NCBI GenBank assembly: GCA_025355725.1
Contig: JANXZC010000034.1
Span: forward strand, 1 to 57,794
Direction of reading: 5' to 3'
Origin: Syntrophus sp. (in: bacteria)
Lineage (GTDB): Bacteria > Desulfobacterota > Syntrophia > Syntrophales > UBA8958
DNA length: 57,794 bases
Part shown: positions 57,612-57,794 of the stretch, one piece after another
Position numbering within the stretch: position 1 is the first letter of the stretch
Layout: every line of letters starts with the position of its first letter
Program-made: the position numbers and the translations under genes
The notes under the pieces: generated by a model
Told to the model about the DNA's origin: nothing
What the model saw: the letters and a program-made list of their open reading frames with translations, nothing else
The model's database searches: none

Positions 57612-57794
57612 CAGTAATGTCCGGTTAAGTAATTGCATATGAGTTTTGTGAACCAGGCGGCTGATATAACCATACGCTGGTATCGTTGACAATATCAGCG
57701 AGGCTCCTTTCGTTACGGATTTTGATACAGATTTCCCTTAGCCGCTTGACGGAAACATGTTCCTGATATTCATCATGGCAATAGATAGCCAAGA
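57612..57794 (-). mobile_element. end of an IS4-family-like element (transposase C-terminus + terminal repeat), truncated by window edge
   Basis: Open frame LAIYCHDEYQEHVSVKRLREICIKIRNE...AIT* (stop 57625-57627) runs into TTAACCGGACATTACTG, which resembles IS4-family termini (recalled, not searched). Confidence 0.55.

Overview
57.8 kb of chromosome from what looks like an anaerobic deltaproteobacterium (Syntrophales/Desulfobacterota-like; inferred from gene content and intergenic repeat types). It is bounded on the right by an IS4-like transposase end and on the left by a possible IS/repeat end. In order it contains: (i) a left module on the minus strand, promoter > RAPP-motif leader ORF > receiver-only response regulator > tatA > decayed VTT/DedA gene; (ii) a GNAT-fused acetyl-CoA hydrolase/transferase, a frameshifted MFS transporter, a CoA-transferase and a VWA-Pal lipoprotein; (iii) a ~14.7 kb minus-strand run of RND efflux (MFP-RND-OMF), a cNMP-domain/acetate kinase/PduL triple fusion, a DUF3141 PHA-synthase-like protein and an MlaEFD/PqiC MCE transporter, followed by ydiK and a divergent pqiAABC; (iv) accessory genes (Fic, M50 protease, B12 radical SAM, exported EF-hand protein); (v) housekeeping mtaB-rnc-radical SAM-era; (vi) a polyhydroxyalkanoate cluster (phaR, two phasin-like genes, an atypical PhaC-like/PhaE-like pair, and phaE-phaC-GAF-phaJ); (vii) DUF1015, trmN6-like, dciA, moaE, macrodomain and PAS genes, and a trpA remnant; (viii) a right module paralogous to the left one, promoter > RAPP leader > small proteins > decayed response regulator > DUF1566 > tatA > intact VTT/DedA > DUF1385. 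The best candidate for an undescribed system is this duplicated cassette headed by a RAPP arrest-peptide-like leader (receiver domain/tatA/VTT), whose two copies have lost complementary genes. All assignments come from motif recognition by eye; no database searches were run.
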